Shown piece after piece: positions 36,828-39,324 of a stretch of DNA of 39,324 nt. Below the pieces are notes generated by a model, which saw nothing but the letters and a program-made list of their open reading frames with translations, ran no database searches and was not told the DNA's origin. Each line of letters begins with the position of its first letter. Positions within the stretch are counted from its first letter, which is position 1. The position numbers and the translations under genes are program-made. This stretch comes from Deltaproteobacteria bacterium (lineage in GTDB: Bacteria; Desulfobacterota; Binatia; UBA12015): the NCBI GenBank assembly GCA_046583355.1, contig JAYGCM010000083.1, forward strand, positions 1-39,324. Direction: 5' to 3'.

Positions 36828-37891
36828 ACTCGCCGCCAGCGTCTGATCTGCGCGAGCAGCGCAGCGGCGCAGCAGCGCGCCAATTTGCCGCCGGCTTCCG
36901 CGCCGACGCGCGCATCGCGGCGCTGGTGCCGGAATTCGATCAGCCGTTTTTTCTGGCTGGACTCGCCGGCTATTCCGACCACGCCATGCGCCATACGGCG
37001 CGACGCTTGGGAGCTCCCTTCTGCGTCACCGAATCGATCCTCGACCACCATCTGCTCACCTCGCCGAAGATCCGCGCGGCCGAGCACCCCGAGCGCGGGG
37101 GGCCCGGCGATCGGCCGCTTTCGGGTCAGGTCGTCGGTAGCGATCCGGCCGAAATGGGTCGTGCCGCGGCCGTGCTCGCCGAAATGGGCTTTGCCGTCGT
37201 CGATGTAAACCTGGCTTGCCCGTCAAAGCTGGTGAAGCGCCGCGAGCGCGGCGGCAACCTGCTCTCGCGTCCGACGCGCGCCATCGAGGTCCTGCGCGCG
37301 GTGCGCGCCGCCGTTCCCGCAGGCGTGCCGTGCAGCGTCAAGCTACGCCGCGGCTGGGATGATTCGGCAGAGATGGCCGACGCGTTCGAAGAGATCTTCG
37401 CGGCCGCCGGCAACGAGGGCTATGCTTGGACGACGGTGCATTCGCGTACCGTCACGCAACGCTACCGCGGTCCCGGTTCGTGGTCGGCGCTGGCCGACCT
37501 GGTGGGTCGTCATCCCGAACGTCTGATTTTCGGCTCGGGCGATATCGAGACGGCCGAGGATATCTTCTCGATGCTGCAACTCTGCGGCGTACAGGCCGTA
37601 GCCGTGGCGCGTGGCGCGATCGCCAACCCGTGGATTTTCCGCCAGGCCCACGAACTTCTCCAAGGCCGTGCGCCGACAATGCCGCCACTGGCCGAACAGG
37701 GCGATGTCCTGCTCGAGCAATTCGAGATGCGCGCCCGCCTTCTCGGCGAGCGCCGCGCCTCGATTCTGATGCGCAAGCAATCGATTCACCTCGCCGAGAC
37801 CCACCCCGAGCGAGACGCCCTGCGCCGCGCCTTCATCGAGGCCAACGGCGCCGCCGATTGGCGCCGGGTGCTCGCCCAGTTCTTCCACTGA
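36824..37891 (+). CDS. dus: tRNA-dihydrouridine synthase (DusB-like)
   Basis: GQVVGSDP, DVNLACP, VKLRRGWD, TVHSRT..QRY, GSGDI, VARGAIANPWIF; start ATG 36824 overlaps the phosphatase stop. Confidence 0.9.
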   Translation: MNSPPASDLREQRSGAAARQFAAGFRADARIAALVPEFDQPFFLAGLAGYSDHAMRHTARRLGAPFCVTESILDHHLLTSPKIRAAEHPERGGPGDRPLSGQVVGSDPAEMGRAAAVLAEMGFAVVDVNLACPSKLVKRRERGGNLLSRPTRAIEVLRAVRAAVPAGVPCSVKLRRGWDDSAEMADAFEEIFAAAGNEGYAWTTVHSRTVTQRYRGPGSWSALADLVGRHPERLIFGSGDIETAEDIFSMLQLCGVQAVAVARGAIANPWIFRQAHELLQGRAPTMPPLAEQGDVLLEQFEMRARLLGERRASILMRKQSIHLAETHPERDALRRAFIEANGAADWRRVLAQFFH

Positions 37892-38085
37892 CGCAGACGG
37901 GTTGCTCCTGCTTCATGGTCGTCACGGGGCCTGCCGCGAGCGCCGAAACGCGCTCGCGAGCCCCTGATCGAAGATCTGGATCGCCTCGACTTGTTGGCTC
38001 CGACAGGTTCCGTTCTTTGCTGGTTCACGCACCCGCCCCGGACCTTTAGGGAACCTCGACGTTCTTTTGTGATAGGAATGGTCTC

Positions 38086-38290
38086 GTGGACATGGATTCC
38101 TCAAATGAAGCTTGGGTGGCGGGGCAGCGCGTACCGCGCCGACTGCAGCGCTTGCTGCAGGAGTACGATACGCGAGAACTGCATGCGGGCCGCGACCGGG
38201 GATTGCTCCTCGCCCGCGTGTTGGATCGCGGTGGGTTCGACGACGTAGCGTGGGCAATGCGGCGCTACGGTCGGGCCTCCGTGCGGGCCT
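38086..38290 (+). pseudogene. DUF6922-like small protein fragment
   Basis: LLARVLDRGGFDDVAWAMRRYG resembles the RVLxxGxxxDxxWxxxxYG pattern; no own stop, reads into the next fragment. Boundaries approximate. Confidence 0.5.
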
Positions 38291-38604
38291 CTACTCTTGG
38301 ACTAACCGTGCTCCTGAGCGCAGCTACCGTAGCTGGGGGCGCGCTCCCGGCGCAGGCTCTTTATCTCACCGAATTCCTGGCGAGCAACAATACGACAATC
38401 GCGGATGAGGACCTCGAGTTCTCCGACTGGATGGAGATCCACAACGAGGTCGCGGCCGCTGTCGATGTCGCGGGATACTACTTGACCGACAATGAAGAGG
38501 ACAAGCCCCAATGGGTACTGCCGAGCGTCTCGATCCCCGCGGGCGGCTACCTCCTGGTTTGGGCGTCGGGGAAGGATCGCAGCGATTCCCTGGGCGAGTT
38601 GCAT
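38291..38604 (+). pseudogene. Lamin-tail-domain (CotH-associated type) secreted protein fragment
   Basis: Signal-like AGGALPAQA then LYLTEFLASN..DEDLEFSDWMEIHN...GYYLTD...IPAGGYLLVWASG...GELH, truncated before the usual TNFKL. Confidence 0.75.
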
Positions 38605-38638
38605 GTACGTGTCAGCCGCAGCCCGCCAGGAACGTCAG

Positions 38639-38788
38639 ATGCAACGCGCGATCAAGTACACACAAAACCTCTGGCCGGGGCTGATCCTTTTTCTCGACGA
38701 CGCCCGGATTCCGCTCGATACGAACCACGTCGAGCGTGGCGTGCGAGCTTTGGCTCCGGGCTGCAAGACTCATTACGGATCGCGCTCG
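38639..38788 (+). mobile_element. IS66 family transposase (TnpC) C-terminal fragment
   Basis: RAIKYTQNLWPGLILFLDDARIPLDTNHVERGVRALAPGCKTHYGSRS matches the IS66 FLDDxRIxxDNNxxERxxRxxxxGRKN motif. Confidence 0.78.
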
Positions 38789-38860
38789 CCGTCCACATCT
38801 TCGCTCACCCTACGAAAACTGTCGAGACGCGCCGCGGCTGACACGTGCAACTCAAGAGCC

Positions 38861-38968
38861 GTGGCCGGCTATGAGATCGAAGTTGCCGCGAGTGCCAAGA
38901 GGAGCCTGCGGCGGGTGCCCAAGCGCGACCTTTCGCGCATTCGTATAATCTCGGTCTTCCCGGGTTAA
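38861..38968 (+). pseudogene. RelE/ParE toxin N-terminal fragment
   Basis: (M)AGYEIEVAASAKRSLRRVPKRDLSRI resembles RelE N-termini; stops after 35 aa, lacking the RxRxGxYR core. Confidence 0.6.
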
Positions 38969-39017
38969 TTGCACCTGCTGAACGAGACAAAGACAATGCC
39001 CGCATTCAGGCCCGATG

Positions 39018-39324
39018 TCAGGAGCTGAGTTCACGCAACGCGGCTACCGCGCCGTCGACGTGATCGTCCATGTGGAACTCGCTCTCGATCACCCGGCGCA
39101 CGATGCCGAGACGATCGATGACGAAGGTCACGCGACGTGGCGGGATCCATTTGCTGAGGGCCCCACCGAGAATGCCGGTGAGCCGAGCCACGCCATAGGC
39201 CTTCGCCAGAGTCCCTTCTGGATCCGTGAGTAGCGGGAAATTCAGCCGATGCTGCGCTTTGAAGCGCTCGTGTGAGTCTCGGGAGTCATTGCTCACGCCG
39301 ACGACGGCCCCTCCGGCCGCTTCG
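39018..39324 (-). CDS. bcp: Peroxiredoxin BCP/PrxQ, 5' end outside the window
   Basis: VVGVSNDS..SHERF....LNFPLLTD...AKAYGV...RVTFVID..GIVR. Confidence 0.88.
   Translation of the reverse strand, partial: EAAGGAVVGVSNDSRDSHERFKAQHRLNFPLLTDPEGTLAKAYGVARLTGILGGALSKWIPPRRVTFVIDRLGIVRRVIESEFHMDDHVDGAVAALRELSS

Noticed and set aside
37892..38085. Possible antitoxin fragment (KRAREPLIEDL)
   Set aside because: Similarity too short to support.
36824..38968. dusA-associated integrative island
   Set aside because: Those elements insert in the 5' part of dusA and carry an integrase; here debris lies past the 3' end of a DusB-like gene and no integrase is seen.
1..39324. CRISPR array, rRNA, integron or prophage
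   Set aside because: No regularly spaced direct repeats, cas, integrase or phage genes recognised by eye.

Overview
High-GC bacterial chromosome segment; the gene style suggests a Binatia/deltaproteobacterial-like organism (inference only). It is mostly housekeeping and catabolic genes: a partial DUF1015 gene; alr-purH-purD-tsaC; thiS-thiG-thiE; beta-carbonic anhydrase; sixA; a DUF35/SCP2-thiolase pair; an exonuclease-CBS-DUF294 fusion; an HExxH protein; a CoA-transferase-purM-glnA4-like-Stf0-SDR-ALDH run; amidohydrolase and ADH; a surface-glycan cluster (gmhB, three GT-C-like membrane proteins, a Thr-type sulfatase-fold lipoprotein); ICL/PEP mutase; thiolase-EVE; a dual-specificity phosphatase with dus; and a partial bcp. 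Two short debris zones (about 690-1990 and 38086-38968) hold spliced fragments of unrelated genes: tRNA-Leu-like piece, RAYT, S9 peptidase; and DUF6922-like, lamin-tail, IS66, RelE. The most striking non-coding signal is a motif, KTGCACTTTYC-N11-TAnnnA, found four times and each time 6-7 nt before a start codon, i.e. a candidate leaderless-promoter class. I saw no CRISPR array, rRNA, intact tRNA or intact mobile element. All protein calls come from motif recognition by eye, not from database searches.
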